Below are positions 14,926-23,238 of a stretch of DNA of 25,671 nt, piece by piece. The position numbers and the translations under genes are program-made. Positions within the stretch are counted from its first letter, which is position 1. Every line of letters starts with the position of its first letter. Origin of the DNA: a virus (lineage: Duplodnaviria > Caudoviricetes); IMG/VR virus record IMGVR_UViG_3300037467_001294, positions 1 to 25,671 of that record; one strand, written 5' to 3'. The notes under the pieces are model-generated. The model was not told the DNA's origin. It did no database searches and saw nothing but the letters and a program-made list of their open reading frames with translations.

Positions 14926-15648
14926 ATGCTCGACTTCAACCGTGAAAACCTGGCGTCGGCCGTCGTCCATAGCGAAATCAACGCGCTGATGGACAAGGCT
15001 GCACTTAATGAACAACGCGAAGAGCGCCGCACCTATCTCGGCGCGTCTGCGATCGGCTCTGAGTGCCTGCGCAAGGTTCAATATGACTGGCAATGCGATG
15101 CGGTCCACCCCGCTCGTACCAAGCGTATTTTCTCCCGCGGCCATATGTTTGAAGAGATTACCGTCAAGGCACTCGGGCAGGCGGGATTCCGCATCGAACG
15201 TGGAACACCGGCAACCGGCTTCTCAACCGCCGACGATATGTTCAAAGGGCATTGTGACGGGATCATTCTCGACGGCCCGCCGATCCATGAGCTCGGCTAT
15301 CCGTGCCTATGGGAGCACAAGGCCCTTGGATCCTCAGGCTGGAAGAAGCTCGAGAAGCACGGCCTGAAGCAGGCTTACCCGCAGTATTTTGATCAGGTGC
15401 AGCTTTACATGGCTTATCTAGGCCTTGATGCGAATCCTGCGCTGTTCACCGCAGTTAATTGCGACAACTGTGAAATCCTGCATCTAGCCGTCCCCTTTGA
15501 TGCGGAAACAGCACAAGCCGCGTCTGATCGGGCCGTTTCGGTCATTAAGGCCACGCAGGCCGGCGAATTGCTTGATCGCATTACCGACAAGGGCCCGACA
15601 GATTGGCGCTGCAAGATGTGCTCGCACCGTGAAAGGTGCTGGGCATGA
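14926..15648 (+). CDS. Cas4-like PD-(D/E)XK exonuclease (240 aa)
   Basis: YLGASAIGSECLR, GH..E, GHCDG, WEHK, Q..LYM, C-terminal CKMC....RC; GAGGG RBS. Confidence 0.88.
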   Translation: MLDFNRENLASAVVHSEINALMDKAALNEQREERRTYLGASAIGSECLRKVQYDWQCDAVHPARTKRIFSRGHMFEEITVKALGQAGFRIERGTPATGFSTADDMFKGHCDGIILDGPPIHELGYPCLWEHKALGSSGWKKLEKHGLKQAYPQYFDQVQLYMAYLGLDANPALFTAVNCDNCEILHLAVPFDAETAQAASDRAVSVIKATQAGELLDRITDKGPTDWRCKMCSHRERCWA

Positions 15649-17645
15649 CAGGCCAAATCCTCGACTTCAACCAGGCAAAGCGTCAGGGCGAAACGACCCA
15701 GCGCACCAGCGTGGACGCGGACGATATTCGTTCGCGTCTCCACGCGGACGCGAGGGGCTTTGTCGAATGGTTGTTTTCGGGGAGGGCATTTCTCACCAAG
15801 TCGGAAGCCCGCATCGGCAACGTTTACGGCGAGCCTGGTGCCTCGCTCTCGGTTCAACTTTCCGGTCCCGATGCCGGCCTTTGGCACGATCACGCTACCA
15901 ACGAAGGCGGCGACCTCATCTCGCTCTATCGCGCATGCATGGGCTATTCGGAGAATTCCAACTTCGTCTTGTCGCTGAAGGAAATTGCCAAGGAGTATTT
16001 TGGCGATCCTATCGAGGTTGAGAAATCTCAATGGCAGCCGTCAGCTATCGAACGTATTGAGCAGAAGAAATCCAAGCTCGGCACACAGCCGCGCGCAGAC
16101 CTTTTAGAGTTGGGCGCTCCAGTCTCAACTTTCCGTTATTACGACACCCGCGGTAACGTTACCGCATCAGTGGTTCGATATGAGCCTGATGGCACTCGCG
16201 AGTCCAAGACCTTCCGGCCATACTGCCATAAGACTGAGGGCGGTGTCACCAGGTGGGTGCAGGGCGCTCCTGACCTGCGGCCGCTCTATCGGCTTCCAGA
16301 TATTGCCATCGCATCCACGGTTGTTCTGTGTGAGGGCGAGGGCTGCGCGGATGCGCTGACAGCTATCGGCATTCCGGCCACTACAGCCATGCAGGGCGCC
16401 AACGCGCCTATCGAGAAAACCGACTGGTCGCCGCTGATCGGCAAGACCGTCATTATCTGGCCGGATAATGATGAACCGGGGAAGCGTTATGGTCAGGCTG
16501 TAGCGAACAAACTTGGTCAGATCGCCACAGTCCGGTTGATCACGCCGCCAGCAGACAAGCCGGCCAAATGGGACGCCGCGGACTGCGTGGCGGAATCTGG
16601 CGATGCAGCGGCAATCATTGCGAGTGCGCAGGCTCTCACATCTTCGCCGAAACCTCGCGTCCGTCTCGTCTCTATTGGCGAACTTGCATCCTTGCCGCCC
16701 CCGGAATGGCTGATCGACGGCATTATCACCGTCAATGGCCTCTCAATGCTCTGGGGACGGTCTGGATCGCTCAAAAGCTTCGCTGCCCTCGATCAATGCC
16801 TGTGCGTGGCAACTGGCTTTCCTTGGCACCATCGAGCAGTAAAGAAAGGCCGCGTCGTTTACATGGCAGCCGAAGGTGCTAGAGGCCTCGGATCTCGCGC
16901 GCTCGGCTGGCTCTCGACCCGGGGCCGTGAACTACCCGAGCCAGACTTCCAGATCATCCCTCACGCGCTCAACTTCACCAACGAAGCGGACATCGCGGCA
17001 CTATTAACGGCTCTCGATTCCGAAAACCGTCCGATCACCATGATCGTGGTGGACACGCTTAGCCGCACCTTCGGCAACGGCAATCCGAACCAGCCATCAG
17101 ACATGAACGCCTTTGTCACCGCCTGCGAAACCATCCGCCAGGCTACCGGTGCGCACCTGATGATCGTGCACCATGGCGGCAAGGACACCGACAAGAACGA
17201 ACTCGGCAACGAAGGCCTGCGCAACGCTGCGGACACCGTGATCCACGTGCGGCGCAAAACAACAGGAATCGAACTGATCAATGAAGCCCCAAAAGGAAAA
17301 CAGAAAGATTTTGACGAGTTCAAAACCATCCAACTGACAGCAGCCAAAGCACACTTCGAACAAAACGGAACTGAACAATCGACATTGATCCTTAATGAGG
17401 AAGCGCACCCGGTTGATCCAGAAGGGTCATCCGACCAACCCGAGCAGAAGCTTGGTGCAGTCGAAAAACGGTTGATCGCTGCTCTCAAAAAGGCCGGTGA
17501 GCCTCTTGGCGCTACACGTCTTGCCCTGATGGCCAGTACGGCAAAGGGCACCGTGTACACCTCACTCGACAGTCTGGTGCGTAAAAACCTGATCGAAAAA
17601 ATCAGGTCGAAGGATGATTCCCACGACGAATGGAGGTTGGTTTGA
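15645..17645 (+). CDS. Primase-helicase fusion (Toprim + AAA_25/RepA-like helicase + C-terminal wHTH; 666 aa)
   Basis: VVLCEGEGCAD and IIWPDNDEPG (Toprim); WLIDG, GRSGSLKS, YMAAEG, MIVVDTLSR, IVHHGGKD (helicase); C-terminal HTH-wing. Confidence 0.9.
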   Translation: MTGQILDFNQAKRQGETTQRTSVDADDIRSRLHADARGFVEWLFSGRAFLTKSEARIGNVYGEPGASLSVQLSGPDAGLWHDHATNEGGDLISLYRACMGYSENSNFVLSLKEIAKEYFGDPIEVEKSQWQPSAIERIEQKKSKLGTQPRADLLELGAPVSTFRYYDTRGNVTASVVRYEPDGTRESKTFRPYCHKTEGGVTRWVQGAPDLRPLYRLPDIAIASTVVLCEGEGCADALTAIGIPATTAMQGANAPIEKTDWSPLIGKTVIIWPDNDEPGKRYGQAVANKLGQIATVRLITPPADKPAKWDAADCVAESGDAAAIIASAQALTSSPKPRVRLVSIGELASLPPPEWLIDGIITVNGLSMLWGRSGSLKSFAALDQCLCVATGFPWHHRAVKKGRVVYMAAEGARGLGSRALGWLSTRGRELPEPDFQIIPHALNFTNEADIAALLTALDSENRPITMIVVDTLSRTFGNGNPNQPSDMNAFVTACETIRQATGAHLMIVHHGGKDTDKNELGNEGLRNAADTVIHVRRKTTGIELINEAPKGKQKDFDEFKTIQLTAAKAHFEQNGTEQSTLILNEEAHPVDPEGSSDQPEQKLGAVEKRLIAALKKAGEPLGATRLALMASTAKGTVYTSLDSLVRKNLIEKIRSKDDSHDEWRLV

Positions 17646-17658
17646 ACGCCAATTCACA

Positions 17659-17772
17659 TAGGTGGATTAGGTGGAATCCACCTATCAAATCCACCCAGTC
17701 CGAATGGGTGGATTTAGGGGTTGGGGTACGTAGTACCCCACCTAATCCACCCACGGACTCCGAGGTCCACCC
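17659..17772. repeat. Putative replication origin: seven GGTGGA/TCCACC iterons and palindromes
   Basis: GGTGGA at 17661, 17670, 17707; TCCACC at 17677, 17690, 17746, 17766; TAGGTGGA-A-TCCACCTA (17668-17684); TGGGGTAC-GTA-GTACCCCA (17722-17740). Confidence 0.75.
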
Positions 17773-18384
17773 ATGCTCAGCCTGACCTGGACCCGACAAT
17801 CCATCCCACTCAAGCAAGGGGCGATCACGATCATGGTAGGCCGATCGAGGAAGACAGGGCGCAGGCAGCCGAACGGACAGCTTGCCAGGGCTTACGTGAA
17901 CCCGAGAGCTCAGGTTGCAGCTCAGCCGCACAGGGCATCGGTGCCGAGAAAGCTTCGCGAGATGCCAGAAGCCGAATCCGAGTTCGGCCGAATGCTGCTC
18001 AAGGGCTGGATCACGCCGGCACAGCATGAGGCGGGAACGCGATACGCAATGTTGGCAGCCCGTTGGCGATCGGTGAAGGGCTATCCGCCGATTCATCCGG
18101 TTGCGATGGACCTGCTGCGCTCAGGGGGTGGCTTTGGAGCAGACGCTCCGGAGCATGTCATCCGCGCGGCAACTCGGGACTACGACGCGGCATTCTGCGC
18201 CTGTGAGCCGCACAAGGTTCAGCGGGCGGTCACGCATCACGTTGTGTTCGAGCGGAAGATCGATGATTTCGGAGCGCTCGATCTGGTTAAGCTTGGGCTC
18301 GACAAACTGGTGGAGCATTTTCACATCGACCCGAAACTGACTCTTGACAGGGAGTCGCGAATAGCAAAATCATTCAATTCGTAG
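17773..18384 (+). CDS. Hypothetical protein in the late-regulator (Q-like) position (203 aa; alternative start 17833)
   Basis: GR.RK.G.R.PNG, GRMLLKGWITPAQHEAG.RY, L.LGLD.LV.HF; lies between the replication and packaging modules. Confidence 0.7.
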   Translation: MLSLTWTRQSIPLKQGAITIMVGRSRKTGRRQPNGQLARAYVNPRAQVAAQPHRASVPRKLREMPEAESEFGRMLLKGWITPAQHEAGTRYAMLAARWRSVKGYPPIHPVAMDLLRSGGGFGADAPEHVIRAATRDYDAAFCACEPHKVQRAVTHHVVFERKIDDFGALDLVKLGLDKLVEHFHIDPKLTLDRESRIAKSFNS

Positions 18385-18393
18385 GAGGCTGCC

Positions 18394-18759
18394 ATGTGGA
18401 ATGACGCCAAGGACGCTCGTTTGAAAAAGTTAAAATCCGAGGGGTATTCGTTCGCCCAGATCGGTGAAGCAATCGGTGTGACACGAAATGCTGCCATAGG
18501 CCGGTATGCGAGGCTTACTGGGAAATATTTTCAATCGGAGACTGAGCGAAAGCAGAAAGCAAAACTGGGCACATTGGCGCGCAAGGCCGAGCATGAAAAA
18601 CAGCGATGTGCCCAGATTGACGAGATTAAGCATGCATTTGAGCGTGGTACTGATCGTGAAGAATTAATTCAGCAAGCCCGCGAGAACGGTGCAACTTTAC
18701 AAACTGTTGCCGACGCACTTGGTCTGACGAGACAGAGAATTCATCAAATCGTTTCTTGA
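18394..18759 (+). CDS. GcrA-like N-terminal HTH fused to a second sigma70-r4-like HTH (121 aa)
   Basis: MWNDAKDARLKKLKSEGYSFAQIGEAIGVTRNAAIGRYARL resembles the GcrA N-terminus; GATLQTVADALGLTRQRIHQI; AGGAGG RBS. Confidence 0.8.
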   Translation: MWNDAKDARLKKLKSEGYSFAQIGEAIGVTRNAAIGRYARLTGKYFQSETERKQKAKLGTLARKAEHEKQRCAQIDEIKHAFERGTDREELIQQARENGATLQTVADALGLTRQRIHQIVS

Positions 18760-18817
18760 CGTTTTGTAACAACGCAAATCAGTGTTACTCGCATTTAATG
18801 CACGGTACAGAATTGCG

Positions 18818-18852
18818 CCCGCTCGGAGGAATCCGGAGCGGGTTTTGTTTTT
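18818..18852 (+). terminator. Terminator-like hairpin immediately upstream of terS
   Basis: CCCGCTC-GGA-ggaa-TCC-g-GAGCGGG followed by TTTTGTTTTT. Confidence 0.7.
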
Positions 18853-18863
18853 GAGGGATTGAG

Positions 18864-19331
18864 ATGCCGGGTGGGCGGCCTTCGGATTACAGCGCTGAAA
18901 CTGCAACGGCGATCTGTGTCCGTCTTGGCCTTGGCGAAAGCCTCCGCGAAATTTGCGGCGATGAGGACATGCCGTCAAAAACGACGGTTATGCGCTGGCT
19001 TGCTGAACACAAGGAATTTCGTGACCAATACGCGGGCGCGCGCGAGGCCCAAGCCGATTACTACGCTGAAGAGATTCTGGAAATTGCCGACGACGGCACG
19101 AACGATTGGATGGAGCGCAAGCGCCCTGATGGTTCGACGGAAGAGGTCGAGAACCGCGAGGTTCTGAACCGGTCGCGGCTCCGTGTAGATACCCGCAAAT
19201 GGCTGATGGCCCGCATGGCGCCGAAAAAGTACGGCGATAAAATAACCCAAGAGGTCACAGGTGCAGACGGCGCTCCGCTCGTCCCGATCATCAACCTCAC
19301 CGGACGCCCTGAACCTTCATCTGCATCCTAG
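18864..19331 (+). CDS. terS: Terminase small subunit (155 aa)
   Basis: GRPSDY.......IC.RL..GESLREIC.DEDMP...TV.RWL...F...YA.ARE.QAD...RLRVDTRKW..A...PKKYGDK; directly upstream of terL. Confidence 0.92.
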   Translation: MPGGRPSDYSAETATAICVRLGLGESLREICGDEDMPSKTTVMRWLAEHKEFRDQYAGAREAQADYYAEEILEIADDGTNDWMERKRPDGSTEEVENREVLNRSRLRVDTRKWLMARMAPKKYGDKITQEVTGADGAPLVPIINLTGRPEPSSAS

Positions 19332-20772
19332 GCAATGGCAGGCGTTTGAAACGCCGGCAACGGAGGTTTTGTACGGCGGAGCGGCAGGAGGCGGAAAATC
19401 GCACCTGATGCGCATTGCAGCAATCGTATGGTGCGCTGCGATTCCGGGATTGCAGGTCTATCTATTTCGTCGCGTTCGGGACGACCTGATCAAGAACCAC
19501 ATGGAAGGCCCTAAAGGCTTTCGCGCCATGCTGGCAGTATGGGCTGCGCAAGGCTGGGTGACGATCGTTGAGGATGAAATTCGCTTCTGGAACGGAGCGA
19601 AGATTTATCTCTGCCACTGCAAGGATGAGAAGGACATCTACAAATATCAGGGCGCGGAGATCCATGTCCTGCTGGTTGATGAGCTGACGCATTTTACCGA
19701 GACGATGTATCGGTTCCTGCGCAATCGCGTTCGCATGGTCGGTATCGTTCTTCCGACTCAGTACGCCGGTCAGTTTCCTCGCATTCTGTGCGGCGCTAAC
19801 CCCGGCAATATTGGCCACCTGTGGGTGAAGACGACATTCGTCACCGCGGGCCAGCCGATGGATCTGCGGCTGATGCCGGCCAATGATGGCGGCATGTTGC
19901 GGCAGTACATCCCGGCGCGCTTGGAAGACAACCCAAGCATGGGCGAGGATGACCCAGGCTACGAGATGCGTCTTGAGGGCCTTGGCTCCGCCACGCTCGT
20001 CAAGGCTATGCGCTGGGGCGATTGGGATGTTATCGAGGGGGCATTCTTCGATTGCTGGGATTCGCGGCGACACGTCGTCAGGCCGTTTGAGGTCCCGAAA
20101 GACTGGACGCGGTTCAGGTCAGGGGATTGGGGATCTGCAAAGCCGTTCAGTTTTGGCTGGTGGGCAGTTGTTGGCGAGACGTTCAAGACCGAGCAGGGCT
20201 TAACGCTGCCGCGCGGATGCATGGTGCGGTATCGCGAATGGTACGGGATGCAGCCCGGCAAGCCGAACACTGGCTTGAAGCTGACGGCTGAAGCGGTGGG
20301 CGCCAAGCTCCGCGAGAAGGAATCGAGCGATCCGAAGCTATCCTACGGGGTGCTGGACCCGGCGGCCTTTTCGGAAGACGGCGGCCCGAGCATCAATGAG
20401 CGGATTACGAAGGGTTCGGGAAACAAGATTTTCTTTCGCCCGGCCGACAACAAGCGAGTTCCGGGCCGGGGCGCTATGGGTGGCTGGGATCAGTTACGCG
20501 CTCGTTTCGTCGGTGACGATGACGGACACCCGATGATTGTTTGCTTCTCGACGTGCGTGGACAGCATTCGAACAATTCCAGCGCTTCAGCACGATCCAGA
20601 CAGGCCGGAAGACCTCGACAGCGACATGGAAGACCACGCGGGCGATGAGTGGCGTTACGGCTGCATGTCGAGGCCGTGGGTTCGAAATGTTGATGGTGCG
20701 ATCAAGCCCAAGAATAATTCCGGGTTTTCCCGCATGTCTCGCGATACATCGACTTCGCTAAAGGTGCTTTGA
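19261..20772 (+). CDS. terL: Terminase large subunit (503 aa)
   Basis: YGGAAGGGKS Walker A, LLVDELTHF Walker B, GANPG motif, DWG and EDHAGDEWRY nuclease motifs. Confidence 0.95.
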   Translation: MQTALRSSRSSTSPDALNLHLHPRQWQAFETPATEVLYGGAAGGGKSHLMRIAAIVWCAAIPGLQVYLFRRVRDDLIKNHMEGPKGFRAMLAVWAAQGWVTIVEDEIRFWNGAKIYLCHCKDEKDIYKYQGAEIHVLLVDELTHFTETMYRFLRNRVRMVGIVLPTQYAGQFPRILCGANPGNIGHLWVKTTFVTAGQPMDLRLMPANDGGMLRQYIPARLEDNPSMGEDDPGYEMRLEGLGSATLVKAMRWGDWDVIEGAFFDCWDSRRHVVRPFEVPKDWTRFRSGDWGSAKPFSFGWWAVVGETFKTEQGLTLPRGCMVRYREWYGMQPGKPNTGLKLTAEAVGAKLREKESSDPKLSYGVLDPAAFSEDGGPSINERITKGSGNKIFFRPADNKRVPGRGAMGGWDQLRARFVGDDDGHPMIVCFSTCVDSIRTIPALQHDPDRPEDLDSDMEDHAGDEWRYGCMSRPWVRNVDGAIKPKNNSGFSRMSRDTSTSLKVL

Positions 20773-20773
20773 A

Positions 20774-22744
20774 ATGGTCAATAACGGTATCCTGCCCAGC
20801 GAGGAGGGTGATTACGTCTCGCTCTCGACGCTGAAGCGGCGGTATCAGGATTACTTGACTTCGAAGCGCGATGAGCGTGAGGAGGAGGAATGCTCGGATC
20901 GCTATTATCACGGCGATCAGTGGACGAGCGAAGAAATCCAGAAGCTGAAGGATCGCGGCCAGCCGGTCGTCACGGATAACCGCATCCAGCCGAATATTGA
21001 TGGCGTCGTCGGCGTGGTTGAAAAGCTGCGCCAAGATCCGAAGGCATATGCGCGAACGCCAAAGCATGAGATGGGCGCGGAAATCGCGACCTACGCGCTG
21101 AACTTTGTGCTTGATGAGAACCGCTGGAAGGACTTCACGCCGGTCATCGCACGGGAAGGGGCGATCAAGGCGGTTGTCGGCTTGGAGTTGTCTGTCGAGC
21201 CAGGCGATCAGGGTGACCCTGACATCAAGCTTGATCGCGTTCTGAACGGCTTCTTTTACGATCCGCGATCGATCAAGGAAGACTTGTCTGACGCCCGCTA
21301 TATGGGTGTTGCCAAGTGGGTTGACCTTGATCTGGCGAAAGAGATGTTCCCGGATCGGGCGGATGAACTGGATGACGTCGCATCGATGGGTGACGGCTCG
21401 GATTCGGCGGACCTGAACGATCAAGAGAAGGTCTGGGTTCAAGTCAACGAGAAGCGGCTGCGCCTTGTCGAGCAGTGGTACATCAAAAACGGAAAATGGT
21501 GCTTCTGCTTCTACACCGGCGCAATGAAGCTGATCGAAGGCGTCTCGCCGCATAAGGACGAGAAGGGCAAGACGTTCCCGCGCTATGTGATGTTTAGCGC
21601 AAACATTGACCATGACGGCGACCGCTACGGGCTGGTGCGTAACCTTCGCCCGATGCAGGACGAGGTGAACCATCGTCGGTCCAAGGGCCTGCATGCCCTG
21701 AATACGATCCGTGTCTATCTGGAAGCCGGGTCGGTTGACGACCCGAAGGAGATTCAGCGCCAGATCAACAGCAACGACGGGTTGGTGATTATCCCTCCCG
21801 GCGCGAAGGTGGATGAGAAATCGAACGCCGAGCAGGCTAAGGGCAACATGGAGATGTTGCAGGAGGCTAAACAGTCGCTGGAAACGGCTGGGCTGAGTCC
21901 TCAGTTGCTTGGCGAGGCTGGGAGCGATCAGTCGGGCCGAGCGATTGCGCTGCTTCAGCAGGCCGCGCTGAGTCAGCTAGGGCCATTTATCGTGAATTGG
22001 CGCGGCTGGAAGATGCGGGTCTATCGCGCGGTCTGGTGTCTCATCCAACAGAACTGGACGAGCGAACGCTGGATCAGGGTTACTGACGACGAAGGCCTTG
22101 CGCAGTTTTTGCCAGTCAACCAGCCAGTGAAGGACCCGGTGACGGGCATGTCGGTGTTAAGGCCGGATGGAACGCCAGTACTGCAAAACCCGCTCGGTGC
22201 GCTCGATGTGGACATCATCATCGATGAGGGGCCGGACACTGTTACGCAGATGCAGGACGTGTACCAGGCGCTGTCGAATATCCCGGGCGTTCCGCCGCAG
22301 GTCATCATTGAGACGGCGAATCTACCGCTGAGCATCAAAAAGAAGGTGCTTGGCATTATCGAGCAAGCGCAGCAGCAGCCGAGCCCAGAGGCCGCAGCAG
22401 GGCAGGCTAAGCTGCAACTGGAGGCCGCGAAGGCCAAGCAGGACCAGCAGAACAAGGTTGCCGAGTTCCAGCTAGAGCAGCAGAAGCAGGTCGCCGCGAC
22501 ACAGGCTGCGCGCGAAAAAATGATCGCTGAAATGGCGATGAAGCGTGAGCAGGCCGAGTTTGATCGCCAGCTAGAGCGCGAAAAGGCTGAGTCTGAAATA
22601 GCGATTGCTGAGTTCAAGGCCAACAAGGAAATCGAGATCATGCGAGCGAAGGCGCAGGCCGCCGCGCTCACGAACCATGAGGCGGCGATTACGCGAGCAA
22701 AACAGCAGCCAGCGCGCCCGCCTCAACGCGCCGCTGCGAATTAA
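20774..22744 (+). CDS. P22-like portal protein with a long C-terminal coiled coil (656 aa)
   Basis: YYHGDQW......L..RGQP....N.I, YGLVRNL...QDEVN.RRSK, SGRAI...QQ, DVDIIIDEGP; follows terL. Confidence 0.9.
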   Translation: MVNNGILPSEEGDYVSLSTLKRRYQDYLTSKRDEREEEECSDRYYHGDQWTSEEIQKLKDRGQPVVTDNRIQPNIDGVVGVVEKLRQDPKAYARTPKHEMGAEIATYALNFVLDENRWKDFTPVIAREGAIKAVVGLELSVEPGDQGDPDIKLDRVLNGFFYDPRSIKEDLSDARYMGVAKWVDLDLAKEMFPDRADELDDVASMGDGSDSADLNDQEKVWVQVNEKRLRLVEQWYIKNGKWCFCFYTGAMKLIEGVSPHKDEKGKTFPRYVMFSANIDHDGDRYGLVRNLRPMQDEVNHRRSKGLHALNTIRVYLEAGSVDDPKEIQRQINSNDGLVIIPPGAKVDEKSNAEQAKGNMEMLQEAKQSLETAGLSPQLLGEAGSDQSGRAIALLQQAALSQLGPFIVNWRGWKMRVYRAVWCLIQQNWTSERWIRVTDDEGLAQFLPVNQPVKDPVTGMSVLRPDGTPVLQNPLGALDVDIIIDEGPDTVTQMQDVYQALSNIPGVPPQVIIETANLPLSIKKKVLGIIEQAQQQPSPEAAAGQAKLQLEAAKAKQDQQNKVAEFQLEQQKQVAATQAAREKMIAEMAMKREQAEFDRQLEREKAESEIAIAEFKANKEIEIMRAKAQAAALTNHEAAITRAKQQPARPPQRAAAN

Positions 22745-22755
22745 CGGATAACAGT

Positions 22756-23097
22756 ATGGCAAAATTGATCTGGCTCGGTGAGCCCACAGAGGAAGAAGAA
22801 GGACCGCGACAGAACGTGTGGAATGGCATGACTTTTCCGCGCGGCGAGGAAGTCGAAGTTAGCAACGAGCATATGATTGCGAAAGCAAAGCGCAATCCGA
22901 TGTTCTCGGTCGATGGCGTGACTTATGTGCCAAAGGGTGCCGATCCTCATCCGAATGCCGGTCCCGTCCTGAACGACAAGACCGAGTACAGCGAAATGAA
23001 AGTCGGCCAACTTCGCGAGCTCGCTGCTGAGCGCGGTATCGACGTGGAAGGCCTGAACAAGGCGGAGATTGTCGAGAAGCTTTCAACGGCTTCCTGA
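22756..23097 (+). CDS. Hypothetical protein with a C-terminal HeH/Rho-N-like domain (113 aa)
   Basis: YSEMKVGQLRELAAERGIDVEGLNKAEIVEKL helix-extension-helix pattern. Confidence 0.75.
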   Translation: MAKLIWLGEPTEEEEGPRQNVWNGMTFPRGEEVEVSNEHMIAKAKRNPMFSVDGVTYVPKGADPHPNAGPVLNDKTEYSEMKVGQLRELAAERGIDVEGLNKAEIVEKLSTAS

Positions 23098-23110
23098 CCT
23101 GTAAAGCTTA

Positions 23111-23222
23111 GCCGTCGCCGGGCTTAACGGGCGTCAAGGCGTCGTCGGCCTTTAACGGACGTGAGTGAGCCTGACACATCACAGGCATCGTCGCCGGATC
23201 ACGGGCGAATGTGACCTATCAC
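23111..23222 (+). promoter_or_regulatory. Triple repeated hairpin motif in the scaffold gene leader (candidate cis-regulatory RNA)
   Basis: CGTCGYCGG-N3-6-ACGGRCG at 23113-23133, 23140-23161 and 23189-23207, with a compensatory C-G/U-A change. Confidence 0.65.
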
Positions 23223-23238
23223 ACAAACAGGAAAACCG

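Noticed and set aside
14926-15648. Cas4-like nuclease as evidence of CRISPR-Cas
   Set aside because: It sits in a Sak4/SSB/primase module, the usual context of phage PD-(D/E)XK exonucleases; no cas1/cas2 or array.
20702-21694. 330-aa antisense ORF, and similar long antisense ORFs over terL, scaffold and primase
   Set aside because: Shadow frames of GC-rich coding sequence with no recognisable motifs.
23124-23156. TTAAC half-sites as a CtrA box
   Set aside because: The spacing is far from TTAA-N7-TTAA, and both half-sites lie in loops of the repeated hairpins.
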